In this document: piece by piece, positions 27,991 through 41,710 of the stretch
Numbering within the stretch: the stretch's first letter is position 1
Layout: each line of letters begins with the position of its first letter
From: Isurus oxyrinchus
Lineage: Eukaryota
Direction: 5' to 3'
NCBI GenBank assembly: GCA_026770705.1
Contig: JANJGN010000021.1
Coordinates: 100,812,001 to 100,876,000 of the forward strand
Length of the DNA: 64,000 nucleotides
Notes under the pieces: model-generated
What the model saw: the letters and a program-made list of their open reading frames with translations, nothing else
Databases searched by the model: none
Told to the model about the DNA's origin: nothing
Translations under genes and position numbers: made by a program

Positions 27991-28347
27991 GAGTAAATGT
28001 CATCCTTGAATCGAATGACAGCTGACAAAGACTTCTGTGTCACAGTGTCCACATGCATACTTTCAGCAATATTCCACTGTTGTGCTCTCTCAGTATCACA
28101 CACTGTTCTCACACACAAATAACCTCCCTCCTTTGCATATTATCCATATCACCTCCTGATGCACTCAGACAGGTCTGCATTTGCTGGTGTCCCTGCTCAC
28201 TGCTCTCAGTCATCCCTCTATCTATCACCATCTGCTATTGTCCCTGTCTCACTGCACTTACTTACCTTTCTCTCTATCATCATTTGCTGTTGTCCCTATC
28301 TCACTGCCCTCAGTCACCCCCTTTCTCTATCACCATCTGCTGGTGTC

Positions 28348-28490
28348 CTTGATAAAGGCAAAATACTGCGGATACTGGAAATCTGAAACCTTCTTAAGAG
28401 TCATACGGACTTGAAACGTTAACTCTGTCTTTCTCTCTACAGATGCTGTCAGACTTGCTGAGTTTTTCCAGCAGTTTTTGTTTTTGATTG
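28348..28490. mobile_element. Short fold-back Penelope pLTR insertion within a degenerate ~60-bp tandem repeat
   Basis: TSD TGCTGGTGTC at 28338-28347 and 28491-28500. Confidence 0.7.
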
Positions 28491-29434
28491 TGCTGGTGTC
28501 TCTGTCTCAATGCACTCATCATTTGCAAAACATACACATTTACAGAATTCCTATTGTCCTGTCAATAATATTCCCAGAAGGTTATGAACTATCATATTCC
28601 ACCGGGCATTCACTCATCTAGCTCTGTGCTTACTTGTAGAAGCATAGGAACACGATGAAGCCATTCTGTCTCTCAGACCTGTTGTTAATATCTCTGTAGA
28701 GAGTGATAACTTTTTAGAAAGAAATTTGAACTTCCAGTTAATAGTTGAAAGGTTGACACAACAAGATTTCATGTTTCAAGACATTTATTCTAACAAAGGC
28801 CTAAAGCACTATTGACTAGACACTATCTTTATAGGCAACTTATACTTTAAAGCACAGAATGGAATATTCCCTTATTTTAGCACAGCTATAAAAACAAAAT
28901 TCACAGGTACATGTTATACTGTCCATCCAATTCTCCCAGATTCAGTCCAAAATTATTCTTAGCTCCTGAAAGTTTACTTCTGTTCTTTTTCTTTCTCAGC
29001 CTGGTAACATAACTGCAGAACTATCCTCCACAATAATAGTATCACTGAAGATCCTCCTCTATCACTAGCTGGGCAATCTTCTAGCTTCATGTTTAACTAT
29101 TTGTGAGTTTCATATTTTCAATCCAAGTGTGAGCTTCCACTCGTATTCTGGTGTGGTGGATCATTGACACTTTTTCTCTAACTGCTTTCTCTCCCCCACA
29201 TCCTGGCAGACTAACCTGTCTGTGATATTCAGTGATGTTTTAGGGAAGCCTGTAACCCAAAATTACAATGGTTTTTTCTATAACCCTCCCATCTCAAAAC
29301 CCGTCACCTTGACAACATGAATCCCTTGGGCCTTGTATCTAGGTAGAGATGCTGTCAGCTATTTTTGAAACCCAAATTCTATAGCTTGAAAGTAAACGGA
29401 CATTTTAAAGCTCAACTGTTTACTGCATACCTGA

Positions 29435-29760
29435 GGGAGATGGTGACATAGAGGTAATGTTGCTGGACTAGTAATCCAGAGACCCATGTTCAAACGGCAG
29501 CTGGTGGAATTTGAATCTGGAATATAAAGCTAGTCTCATTAATGGTGACAATGAAACTATCATCAATTGCTGTAAAAAACCCATCTGGTTCAGGAAGGAA
29601 ATCCTAATTTGGCCTGGCCTACATGTGACTACAGACCCCACAGCAATGTGGTTGACTCTTAACTGCCCTCTAAAATGGCCTTGGAATGTCACTCGGTTAA
29701 TTAGGGATGGGCAACAAATGCTGGCCTCGCCAGAAACGCCCATATCTCATGAAAGAAAAC
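29435..29760 (+). mobile_element. tRNA-like SINE; copies also ~30500-30752, ~36765-37135 and ~15320-15670 (-)
   Basis: Box A/B-like head, shared body, LINE-type tail. Confidence 0.75.
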
Positions 29761-32714
29761 ATTCTCAACACTATTCTGGGACTTTGGAGACTGACAGTCT
29801 ATCTACTGTGAGCACACAGGCAGTGCACATTGGTCTCCAGGTATAAACACCTTGCACCCTTTTCCCAAGTAAAACAATCTGAGCTCCCTTAACCTTGAAC
29901 AATCAAACCTGTTGTCAGGCAGACTTCCGAATAGATCTAAAGAAACCCCCACTTCATTTTACCTCAAGTTAAAGACACTGTCCCAAAATATTACGCTTTT
30001 ATAAACCTCTTAATTGTAACATCGTTCCGCCGTTTAGTTGATTCTTAGCCAGGTACAACCACTTCTTTTTGAAAGGCGGTAGACGGCACTAGAAATGCCG
30101 GAGAACTAACCCTAACCATCTGGGGTAGGATTTTACGGGGGTTAACGGGCTGCTTCTCAGCCTTGTCCCCGAGTCCTCCATGGGTGTTGCTTCAAGGACG
30201 AGGTGTTGCTCCTCCCCTCCAGGGTCTTCAAGCTACAACGCCTATTGCAAGAGTGCAAGCATGTAGCTCAAACCCAATAATTCAGGAGGGAGGCGCTAGA
30301 AGGTGAGCAGTGAGCCGACAGCAGTGGAGACCGGACGCATGAACAGTGAGGTAGGGCGGATAGCAACTGAACGGGAACCCATCGGGCAGGTAGCTCCCTA
30401 ACATTGGAAGGGGACGAAAGCTGAAACTGCTCCCAAGTAACTGCAGAGTAATCCCACGCTGGTCAACCCAGGAGACGGATGGAAGCAGCCGGCCGGTGGC
30501 GATGGTATAGCGGTATTGTTATGGGGTTAGTAATCCACGAACCTACAGTAATTTTGAGGGGGACTTGAGTTCAAATCTCACCATGGTGGATTTTTGAATT
30601 AAAAGTCTAACCATTATTGATTGTTGTAAAAACCCATCTGTTTAAAACCCTTATGCCGACATGTGACTCCACACCCATTCTTAAATGCCCTCTGAACAAG
30701 GGATGGGCAATAAACTCTGGCCTAACCCACATCCCAATGAACGAATAATAAAAGAGCTAACGTGGAGCCAATCTCGTTTCACCACTGGTTTAAGGCAACG
30801 GAGATTGGCCTGGCCTGGATGTGTTTGAAGTGTGAGGTTCCCGGAGCTTCAGCGAACAGCCGGAGTCAGATGAGAATTTGGTCTAGTCCAGTGGCTACTT
30901 TGAAATATATTTAAGAATAAACCACGGATGTCTCCGTGCTCTTTCAATAATCTTCAACCTTTAGTAATAGGTGCAGCCTGTCAGGAGACACAGAGAAGGG
31001 AAAACACTGTATACTGCTAACATAAATAAACACAAACGCCTGACAAGGGTTTCAGATAGAAGGCTTATTCTAATCAGAATTGTCACTTGAGAAATGCATG
31101 TGCAATTGCATAAATCTTTATTGTCATTTCAATAATCTTGCCATTATTTTTTTAAATGGGCCTTGAAATTATCCCATCCCAAATGAATTCGCACAGTATT
31201 TTAGAGGGCTCTTAGCAAATCTTGTTTTCAGTAGGTTATGATAGCATTCTGCGGCGAAAGAGAGGCCATTCTGCTCATCGCGCCGATGTCAGCCCTTTTA
31301 AAGAGCTTTCCAATTAGTCTCAGGCATCTAGCCTTTTCCCGTTTCCTTTGTTTCCTTTTCAAGCATTTATCCAATTCCCTTTCAAAGCTCAATTGAACCT
31401 GCTTCCACCAACTTTTCAAACAGCGAATCCCAGATTCTAACAACTAACCAGGTTTAAAAAGCCCTCAGCAGCTCTCCTTTTACCAATAAATCTGTGCCCT
31501 CTGGCTACACACCCTTCTACCACGAGAAGTAATATTACAATTAATATTGTAACTCATTACATTATCAAAAACTTCAATATTTTGAACCTCACTGTGCTGA
31601 TGATCTGGAATCTCTGTGTTGAAGTTGTGTTAATCTGTTTCATTTATTTTGTTTTCATTCTTTCACTGAGTATGGGCATCGCTGGCCAGGCCAGCATTTA
31701 TTGCCCACTTCTAATTGCGCTTGACAAGGTGGTGGTGAGCCGCCGCCTTGATCCGCTGCAGCCCCTGTAGTCTAGGTACACCCACGTGCTGTTAGGAAGG
31801 CAACTTTTCTGAACGTTATTTGAATGTTTATTGAACGTTGCTGTGCCTATAATAATATATGGCTGTGCGAGTGAGCGTCAACGATAGCTAACATACTTGC
31901 ACCTGTACATTTCTGCATCTGCCTTGAGTGAGTATCTGTGTTGGGTTTGCCTGTGTGAGTATGTATCTTTGTATTTTGTGTCGTCTGTGTGTGAGTGCCT
32001 TGTGTGTCTGCGTGGTTGTCCTATGTGAGTATATGTTTTATTTAATAGGATAGTAGGCAACATAATATATTAGAATGGATAGAAAGTTGGTTAGCAGACG
32101 GGCATAAGCAAATCAGTTTGAAGTTGACAGGCAGTGAATAATGGAATGCTGCAAGAATCAATGCTGAGGCCTCAGCTATTTACACTCTATATTCATGACT
32201 TAGATGTAGAGTCTGTGAGAGTGTTTGTGTGTGTGTTACTCTCTGAGTGTATCTCTGTGTGTGCCTGTCTCTGCAAGCGTGTTTGTGAGCGTGCGCCTGT
32301 GCTGAGTAGCTCTGTGAGTTCCTGTATGTCTCTGTTAGTGTGTCACTCTGAGTGCATCTCTCTAAGTATGTCTGAGTGTGTTGTGTGTGTCTCGGCGAAT
32401 GTCTCTGTGGTGTATACCTCTGTGAGAGTGTCTGTGTTTGTACCTGTGAGTGTTGCCTCTGTGCCTCTGCGATTTTGCGTTGAGTGGTGAGTCGCACTGT
32501 GAGTGTGCCTGTCATTATACCTATGAGCGTGCTTATTGCTGACTGCTTGTCTATAAATCCGACTGTGTGAATATCGCTCTGTCGGTGTCACAATATTTAC
32601 TCATGAATTTGTCTATATTAATGCCTTTATCCGTGAACGTGTCTGCCACAGTGTGTGCATGCCTATCTGTCTAAATATCTGTCATTGTGTGTGTGTCTAT
32701 CTCAATGTTGATGA

Positions 32715-33320
32715 AATCTCCCGGCCACTTGCTCATTCTAAATCCGAGCTGGCGGGGTTGGTGCTAAAGAAAGAAGCAATATTTTGCTAAAATGGCCACA
32801 TTTCGCTCTAGAAAGCCGGCCTCGGTCGACGATAGCGGCGGGTATGGGGGTTTTGTGCTTGTGTTCGGCCGGCCGCTTTGCTGGATTAAAATAAGGCGAG
32901 CGGTGCGCTTGTCACCGAGCGCGAAGCGAGACAGGCGGGTTTATTTCTGGAAGCGGCGACCAAGAAAGCGAATAGGGCGTTGCTGTCAAGCTGCTGGAGC
33001 ACGAACTGCAGTCGGCTGGGGTGGGGGTGGGGTGGGGGGAAGGGGTGTGTTGGGGGGCGGGGAGGTGGTGGTGGCGGGGCGCAGAAGCGGAGATCGGTGC
33101 AAACTTCTGAAAATAATGTGTCTGCAAGCGAGTTCGGTTCACCAGGGCCTTCCTGAGAACCAGCTCACACCTCGTTGGGAGAAAGGTGGCTGATTTCAGT
33201 CGTCAAATAACAGTTGTAGGATTCATGTGAAAGAAACACTCCACACACACACACACACACACACCTCCAGCAAAAGCAGCAACAACGACAGAAGAGTTCG
33301 AGAAATAAAACCGCCTTTCA
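32715..33320. promoter_or_regulatory. CpG-rich island, candidate promoter or non-coding first exon
   Basis: Dense CpG against a CpG-poor background; ~2.7 kb upstream of a leader exon that has a splice acceptor. Confidence 0.4.
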
Positions 33321-34004
33321 TTCAGGATATCATGGGAATGTAGCAGAGATAGTTAGGGTAGAAGGCTGATTTGGGGTTGGGCTGAGCTGGCTGATTGCTG
33401 GTTGTTGAGATATTAGTAGCGAGGATGAATGTAATCTTGATCCAGGGCACTTTGGGAACCAGCTCGACTTCAGTATGATTGACACTGCTCCCTGGGAGCG
33501 TGTGCAGTTTTCTATTTTAATTTCTGATATTTACTGCGATCATTCTCGTTTAGTCCACCGGCGCTGACCGAATGGGCTGGCTGCCATTGATAGGCGGCCT
33601 CAGGCTTATTTTAAATTTCTATCTTTAAACTAGCCAGGAGTCCTGATGATCCGTTTCACCTCATGAGTTGCACAACTTCGCCCTTATACTAATGTAGAGA
33701 TCAGCCACTTTGATATAAATGATGTGAGGTGTCTGCCAAAAATAACGCACAGAGAAAGGCTCGCATTAGATGAGTCATCTCTGTCTTGCACAAAAATAAA
33801 ATGTTAGAAAGAAATACAAAGAGGGTCTTAATTTATTGTATATAATACGTGCAAATTTCATTTGATATTTTATACTCCCAAATCCCCATGTTTTATTTCT
33901 AACCAGATTTAATTAAAAAAAAAACAAGAAAAATCCCTCTGCTCACTTGTCATTGCGTCTGGTCCCAAGTGTGGGTGAGTACAGCCGACTGATGATGAAC
34001 TATT

Positions 34005-35075
34005 TTTTTTTAATTTTTCATTCGCCCGATGTGGCTGTCGCTGGCTAGGCCAACACTTATTGCCCATCCCTAATTGCCCTTGAGAAGGTGGCCTTCTTGA
34101 ACCTCTGCAGTCCTTGTGGTGTCGGTTTGGAAGGTGCTGTCGAAGGAGACTTGGTGAATTCTTGCAGTGCGTCTTGTAGTTGGTAGCACACTGCTGCTAC
34201 TGTGCGTCGGTGGTGGAGGGAGTGAATGTTTGTGGATGTGGTGCCAATTTTGGGGAGTTAGGAAGTGAGTTACTTGCCACAGAATTCCCAGCCTCTCACC
34301 TGCTCCTATCGCCACAGTATTTATATGGCTAGTCCAGTTCAGTTTCTGGTCAATGGTAACACCCAGGATGTTAATAGTGGGGGATTCAGGGGTGGTAAAG
34401 CCATTAAATGCCAAGCAGTGATGGTTACTTTCTCTCTTGTTGGAGATGGTCATTGCCTGGAACTTGTGTGGTGTGAATGTGACTTGCCATTTGTCAGCTC
34501 AAGCCCGGACATTGCCCATGTTTTTCTGCATTTGGATATGCGCTGCTTCAGTATTTGAGGAGCTTCAAATGGTGCGGAACATTGTACAGTCATTAGTGAA
34601 CATCCCCACTTCTGACCTTACGATGGAAGGGAGGCCATTGAATAAGCAGCTAAAGATGGTTAGGCCGAGGACACTACCTTGAGGAACTCCTGCAGTGATG
34701 TCCTGGGACAGAGATGGTTGACCTTCAACAACCACAGCCATCTCTGTGCTAGGTGTGACTCCAACCCTGGAAAATTTTCCCCCTGATTCCCCTTGACTCC
34801 AGTTTTGCCAGGGATCCTTGATACCACATTTGGTCAAATGCTATCTTGATGTCAAGGGCAAATACGCTCACCTCATCCCTTGAGTTCAGTTCTTTTGTCC
34901 ATGTCTGGACCAAGACTGTGATGAGGTCAGGAGCCAAGTCACAGAATACAAAGCGAGTATCAGTGAGCAGGTTATTGCTGAGTAAGTGCCACTTTATGGC
35001 ACTGTCACTGACACTTGCAGTATCTAGTGCCTTCAGCCATTTCTTTATATCACATGGAGTGAATCGAATTGGCTG
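34005..35075 (-). mobile_element. CR1-group LINE remnant with multiple internal deletions
   Basis: GVPQGSVLG and DQKLNWTSH on the minus strand. Confidence 0.85.
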
Positions 35076-36026
35076 AAGCCACAGCAATGATAGGCTAGAC
35101 TTGCAATCGCCCCACATTTCTCACTGGGTGGGCTGGCAAGATGGGGAAGTCAGCGTCCAGGGATGGTGTTAGCGAACAGGCATTTAGTTCAACTATGGAT
35201 CCTCATGATGTATCCATCGCACTCAATCTCAAACCCATTTCTCTTTGCGGCACATTCAGCATGGCTGCCCTGGTTACCAAACCCAGAGAAACTATAGCCA
35301 ATATATGGACACAAAAAAAAACAATTTCCTTCACATTAACGCCTAGATGCACTTATTTGCGGCACACACCAATCCTATGGTTTGAACCAGGTGGAAATTT
35401 GAGCTCAAGTCAGTTATCACTGTAGCTGCGCCATTCTCCATGACCCTTTACATTCCAGTGAATCAATTTCTATCCACAATCTCTACCCATTCCCGACTGT
35501 CAAATCTGAGCAAGGAGGCTCCAGTTGAATTGGTTTTCATACACATCAGGAAACAATCATTTTAACTTATTTGTTTGCATATTAAGCTTTCCTTTAAAAT
35601 GAAAATGATTTCATTCAGATTGGCAATGTCACTTGTGTTATTTTTAATGCATTTTTATGACGAAGTATATGTCACATTGGAAATTGGAAAGCTTCTCTGG
35701 TTGCAGGTTCTTTAAGATACTGTGCCTGTCGTGCATAGATTGAGATTCAATCAGTTGAAACTTTAATCTTAAGACTCAAAGATGAATTATCCTGCTTTAG
35801 GTTAAGCAGTTTGCTAGGCCCCAAATGATTTATAACAATTTTAAGTGTGGATGAATTATAATGAGATTGAGTGGGCACTTGACTGTAACGTAACAATGGC
35901 GGAATTGGGCACAGTTCCGGGTGCAGTTTCAATGCCCCGATTAGCATCCGTAAAGGGCTTCACCGTTCTAATTGCAATGAGTTTATCGTTTATGTTTTGT
36001 GTAATTTATCCATCCATCCCCTGCAG

Positions 36027-36073
36027 GAAAATGGACATAAGACCCGTCCTATGGATATTAGTTGTCTCCTTGG
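36027..36073 (+). CDS. Leader (signal peptide) exon of NKp30/NCR3-like IgSF receptor; ATG at 36031, MDIRPVLWILVVSL-G
   Basis: ccctgcag acceptor, AAAATGG Kozak context, hydrophobic 14-aa peptide, phase-1 donor G|gtaagt matching the phase-1 V exons. Confidence 0.8.
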
Positions 36074-36289
36074 GTAAGTGGGCATTTTATTGTTTCTTAA
36101 CTTTACGAGTTTGTCTTGGGCAACTGCACAGAAATGGGCAATAGTGAAGGGTCAATGGAAAAGCTAACTGGTTCCAGTGCAAGCATACTGCCCAATCGCT
36201 ATCACTTGTTCTGCCGTGCTGTCCAAGATGTCATTTGCTCCACCACCCATCACCTCTCTCGAGTCCCCCATTGTTGCTGAATTATCAAA

Positions 36290-38380
36290 CTGTTTGTCTA
36301 ATATTCTGTACTGGGTGAGCAGAAGTTTCCCCTAGTTAACTATTGTGAAGATTGAAGCCATTGCCATTAGCCCCCACTACAAATTCTGTTTTCCACAAAT
36401 CAACTCCATTTCTCTCCCGAGCAAGTGTCTTGTGGCTGAACCAGAATGCTCACAATCTTGGTGCCATATTTGACTCCCAGATGAGCACCTGACAACATAT
36501 CCATGCAATTACTCAGGCCACCTATTCCTCCCTCCACAAAATCACCTTATTCTGCTCCGTCTCAAATCATCTGTTGCTGAAACCATCATTTGTGCTTTTG
36601 TCACCTCGAGGCTTGACTATTCCAATGCACTCCTGGCTGACTTCCTATATTCTCTCCTCTGTAAACTCGAGCTCACCAGCTCTTTCTGTTCTAAATCGCA
36701 CCAAGTCCAGTTCCCCTATCACCTACAGGGGGCGATGGTGGCGATAATGGCGCAGTGGTAATGTTGCTGGCTGAATAATCTATGGGACCAAACTAATGCT
36801 GTGGGGCACATGGGTTCAAATCTTCGCCACTGCAGCTGGTGCATTTAAATTCAACTAATAAAAAGAAATCTGAATAAAGGTAAAGCTGATCTCAGGGATG
36901 GTGACTATCCCATCTGTTGTTTAGAAGCCCATCATGTTCAGTAATGACCATTAGGGAAGGAAACCTGCCGTCCTTACCTGATCTGGCCTACATATGACTC
37001 CAGGCACACAGCAACATGGGTAACTCTTTACTGCCCTCTGAAATAGCTTAACAAGCATTCAGTTTAAGGGCAATTAAGGATGGGCTACAAATGCTGACCT
37101 AGCCAGCAACACCCACATCCCATGGAAAAGTAAAGAAAGAGAAAAAACCATGTCCCCTGACCTACATTGGTTTCATGTTAAGCAGCCCATGTCCAAATGC
37201 AGCAGGACCTGGTCAATATTCAGGCTTGGGCTGACAAGTGGCAAGTAACATTTGCGCCACACAAGTGCTAGGCAATGACTATCTCCAGCAAGAGAGAATC
37301 TAACCTTGGCCCCTTGACATTCAATGTCATTACTATTGCTGAATCCCCCACTACCAGCACCCTGGGGGGTTACCATTGACCAGAAACTGAACTTGACTAG
37401 CCATATAAATATTCTGGCTACAAGAGCAGGTCAGAGGCTAGGGATCCCCAAAGCCTGTCTGCCAGCTACAAGGCACAAGTCAGGGGTGTGATGGGATACT
37501 CTCCACTTGCCTGTATGAGTGCAACTCCCACAACATTCAAGAAGCTTGACACCAACCAGGACAAAGCAGCTCACTTGATTGGTACCCCATCCACAAACAT
37601 TCACTCCTTCCACCACCAACTCAAAGTGGCAGCAGCGTGTACCATCTACAAGATGCACTGCATAAACTCACCAGTGCTCCTTAGACAGCACCTTCCAAAT
37701 CCACGACCACTGCCATCTAGAAGGACAAGGGCAGCAGACACATGGGAACACCACCACCTGGAAGTTCCTCTCCAAGTCACTCACCATCCTGTGTTGGAAA
37801 TATATCACCATCCCTTCACTGTAGCTGGGCCAAAATCCTGGAACTCCTTCCCTAACAGCACTGTAAGTGAACCTACACCACGGGGCAGTTCAATGGGCAG
37901 CTCATTGTCATCTTCTCAAGGGCAATTAGGGATGGGGAATAAATTTTGGCAGTCAGTGACGCCCACATCCCGCCAATAAATAAAAAAAATCTGTGGCTTC
38001 AAAATTGCCATTCTTGCTTTCAGATCCCTCCATGGACTCACCCCTGTAATCTCTGTAATCATTTCTAGCCTTCAACCCTCCAGGGTATCAGTGTTCCACT
38101 AATTCTGGTCTCTACCACCCTGATTTTAATCACTCTACCTTTGCGGCCATGCCTTCAGCTGCCGGCCCCAAGCTTTGGAATTCCCCCCCACCTAAAGCTC
38201 TCCACCCCTACCTGTCCCTTCTCCTTTAGGATCTCTTTAACACTACCTCAATGAACAAACTTTTCGCCATTTTCCCTACATTTGGCCTTCCGTGGCTTGA
38301 TGTCAAATTTTGTTTTTTAGCAGGCCCATGTACCTTTAGGACATTTTAACGTGGTAAAGGTCCTACATAAACACAAGCCG
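36290..38380 (+). mobile_element. L2 3' region with nested SINE (~36765-37135) and CR1-group fragment (~37185-37988)
   Basis: L2 motifs cttgactattccaatgc and ctacattgg; L2-type tail near 38360. Confidence 0.65.
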
Positions 38381-38966
38381 TTATTGTTGTCCATTGATCA
38401 CAGAATCACAGAATTGTAACAGTACAGATGGAGGGCATTCTGCCCATAGTGTCTGCACCAGCATTCTGAATGAGCATTTCTCGTGCCTCCTCCCCATATT
38501 GTATCTTTTCAAATAATCATATAATTCCTTCTTCAGTGCCTCGATTGAAACGGCATCCACCACACTCTCAGGCAGCGCATTCCAGCCCCTAACCACTCAC
38601 TCTGTGAAGAAGTATTTATTTCTCATATCACTTTTGCTTCTTTTACCAAATGCCTTCAATTTGTGCTCTCTGGTTCTTGAGCTTTCCACCAGCGGGAACA
38701 ATTTTCTGCTATCTACTTTGTCCAGGACCCTTGTAATTTTGAATTCTTCTATCAAATCTCCTCTCAGCCTGACACAGTCAGTTTCTGTCATAGCAGTTAA
38801 TTAAATAGAATTACACTGAAACCCAAGCATCGAAGCAGGCTCCATTCCTGTGGTTGTACTCCAACCGAGCCTCCTTTTATTTCTTTTCATATCCCCACAC
38901 TATCATTTCCCTAAGTCCCAACTTCCACTCAGACAGCAGAAACTGTTGCTCTCTCCTTCTTTCCAG

Positions 38967-39308
38967 GAATTGACGCCGAGAAGTTCAGTGTTTTTCAAAA
39001 GCTGCCCAGGATTCTGGCGGAGGTGGGGCAGACAGTGCACATCCCCTGTAGCTTCATTGCCAACGTCAACAAGGCGATAGGGTCTTATCAATGGTACCAG
39101 GGCGGCAGGAATAGCATTGAGGTTTCCAATGAGACAGCAGAGTACAGAGGGCGGATCCTCAAATCCGGAGAGGATTTTATGCAAGCCCGTGATGCCTCCA
39201 TTCGATTAAGGGACGTGAGAGTGAACGATTCCGGACTGTATTACTGCAAGGTTACATTGATGCAACTGGGCGAGGAATACGGAGCAGGGACAGAGCTGAC
39301 TGTGAGAG
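38967..39308 (+). CDS. Ig V-set exon VA1 (germline-joined VJ type), NKp30/NCR3-like
   Basis: ttccag acceptor, G|gtaagc donor, 342 bp, phase 1/1. IPCSF, AIGSYQWY, EVSNETAEYRGR, DSGLYYC, YGAGTELTV parallel human NKp30 (LPCSF, AIGSVTWF, EVRNGTPEFRGR, DASIYVC, GNGTRLVV, from memory). Confidence 0.92.
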
Positions 39309-39360
39309 GTAAGCGACTCGGCTGCCTGCACAATCGGGGCGAGCAAGGGAGGGGAAGATC

Positions 39361-39925
39361 AACATAGAATCATAGAAACTAGGAGCAGGAGTAGGCCATT
39401 CGGCCCTTCGAGCCTGCTCCATCATTCATTATGATCATGGCTGATCGTCCAACTCAATAGCCTGCTCCTGTTTTCTCTCCATATCCTTTGATCCTTTTCG
39501 CCCCAAGAGCTATATCTAACTCCTTATTGAAAACATACAATGTTTCGGCCTCAGCTACTTTCTGTGGTAACAAATTCCACAGGCTCACCACTCTCTGGGT
39601 GAGGAAATTTCTCCTCATCTCAGTCCGAAATGGTCTACCCCGTATCCTCAGACTGTGACCCCTGGTTCTGGACTCCCCCATCATCGCGAACATCCTTCCT
39701 GCATCTACCCTGTCTAGTCCTGTTAGAATTTTATAGGCTTCTATGAGATTCCCCCTCATTCTTCTGAACTCCAGCGAATATAATCCTAACCGACTCAATC
39801 TCTCCTCATATATCAGTCCCGCCATCTCAGGAATCAGTCGGGTAAACCTTCGCTGCACTCCCTCTATAGCAAGTACATCCTTCCTCAGATGAGGAGACCA
39901 AAATTGCACACAATATTCTAGGTGT
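39361..39925 (-). mobile_element. CR1 3' fragment in repeat unit 1; copies ~41763-42315 and ~44173-44731
   Basis: QFWSPHLRKD...FLTQRVVSLWN. Confidence 0.92.
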
Positions 39926-40420
39926 CAGTGTAGTTGCCCTGTCTGCGACTGGCCCCTATGCTGGGATAGCGGCCCTACGGGGAATGCCGGAGGCAGAGAC
40001 GCACTCAGCGACAGAGATGAGACCATTGAACCATTTTAAATAACCGATCACTTGCCGGGGGTGAGATTGAACAGGTGGGGAGGGGATTTGGAACGGGCGA
40101 TATGGCTTTTAGAGCCCGTCGTACCACACATCCAATATTCAGTGTTACTGAAGCCAGTGGAATTGAATATGGGGCGATGCTTATAAGGGGCGATCAATGT
40201 CACATCACTTGTTTTGTCCGATTTCACCCCGGTTTATGTTTAAGTAGCGGAGGAAGCTTCATGTTAAAAAATAGCACATGTTGGAGAACATGTTGTTTGG
40301 TTGCATAGTTACAACCAGGAGTGCGCTGATAAAAGGAAATCTTCATGGCTTGTGTAACCATTCAGTCCGGCTTCTATTGCGCTTCAAATCAGATAGTATC
40401 ATTTTTCTTTATAGTTCCAG

Positions 40421-40452
40421 AAATTAAGCCTGAGTTCAGAGTTATCCAGTAA
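40421..40452 (+). pseudogene. Truncated VB exon stub 1 (EIKPEFRVIQ*)
   Basis: Same upstream intron and ttccag acceptor as 45228; homology stops after GTTATCCAG and TAA follows in frame. Confidence 0.8.
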
Positions 40453-40970
40453 TCCTCTTCCATAACTTGGAGACTTCTATGACGTCAGTCCTGAGTTTCG
40501 TCTTTTCTAAAGGAAAGAGTACCGGCCTGCTTAATAATTCCTCATAGGGGTGACCTCTCAGTTGTGGTACTATTCTGGCAAATCGTGCTTGCACATTCTC
40601 TGTGCCTCTATATGGCTATTTATGATATGGAGACCAGGGCTGAGCACATTAATTTAAGTATAGCCTAATCAACAGTTAATATGATTCAAATCTTAACAAA
40701 TTCTGCTTTGGCGAAGAACTGAATGGACATAAAATCCGCTGTTCGCGGAATGATGCAGCGCCGAAGAGCCCATTCTGGCTATCATATCGGTGTCAGCTCT
40801 TCAAAAGCCCCTCCTAGTTAGACCCTGCCCTTTCCTCCAGGAGCCTGTCAATGTTTCGCTTTGAAGGATACGACCATTTTCCTTTTCGTGAGTTATTATT
40901 GGACCTGCTTCCGCCACCCTTTCATTCCAAGTGACACATTCCAGGTCAGAACAACTTCGCTGTGATAAAA

Positions 40971-41148
40971 GTAAATTGACCGCGGATGCTGAAAATTTGA
41001 AACAAGAACCAGAAAATACTGGGCAAGAAAAAACTCAGCAGTGACAGCATCTGAAGAAGAGTCATGGGGACTCGAAACGTTAACTCGGTCTTTCTCTCCA
41101 CAGATGCGGTCAGACCTGCTGAGTCTTTTCCAGCACTTTCTGTTTTTG
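40971..41148. mobile_element. Short fold-back Penelope pLTR insertion (duplicated ~43362-43541) with CTGAAGA hammerhead core
   Basis: 14-bp TSD TCGCTGTGATAAAA at 40957-40970 and 41149-41162; core 41051-41085. Confidence 0.8.
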
Positions 41149-41368
41149 TCGCTGTGATAAAACCTTGGTTAACATTGCGCTGAACTACCTCCGCCGCCAC
41201 GCACACCCCAACCCCTCCACCCCTCCCCCCACCCCCCACACACCTCATCACTGCACTTTGTTTGCCCATTTTCAACCATTCCCAATGTAAGCGCTCCTGC
41301 ACCATTGTCTTTCCAAGTCCCAACTTCCACTCAGACAGCAGAAACTGTTGCTCTCTCTTTCTTTCCAG

Positions 41369-41710
41369 GAACTGATTCCGAGAAGTTCAGTGTTTTTCAA
41401 AAGCTGCCCAGGATTCTGGCGGAGGTGGGACAGACAGTGCCCATCCCCTGTAGCTTCACGGCCAACGTCAACAAGGCGATAGGGTTTTACCAATGGTACC
41501 AGGGCGGCAGGAATGGCATTGAGGTTTCCAATGAGACAGCAGAGTACAGAGGGCGGATCCTCAAATCCGGAGAGGATTTTATGCAAGCCCGTGATGCCTC
41601 CATTCGATTAAGGGACGTGAGAGTCAACGATTCCGGACTGTATTACTGCAAGGTTACATTGATGCAACTGGGCGAGGAATACGGGGCAGGGACAGAGCTG
41701 ACTGTGAGAG
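41369..41710 (+). CDS. Ig V-set exon VA2, NKp30-like
   Basis: 342 bp, open frame, intact AG/GT, 6 aa differences from VA1. Confidence 0.9.

Noticed and set aside
28680-29317. Possible minus-strand solo LTR (TGTTG...CAACA)
   Set aside because: No TSD or second copy in the window to support it
30100-30500. Telomerase RNA gene, suggested by template-like CTAACCCTAAC
   Set aside because: No U-rich CR2/CR3 pseudoknot, CR4/5 or H/ACA domain recognisable downstream
32792-33193. 133-aa ORF in the CpG island
   Set aside because: Low-complexity R/G-rich frame expected by chance in GC-rich DNA
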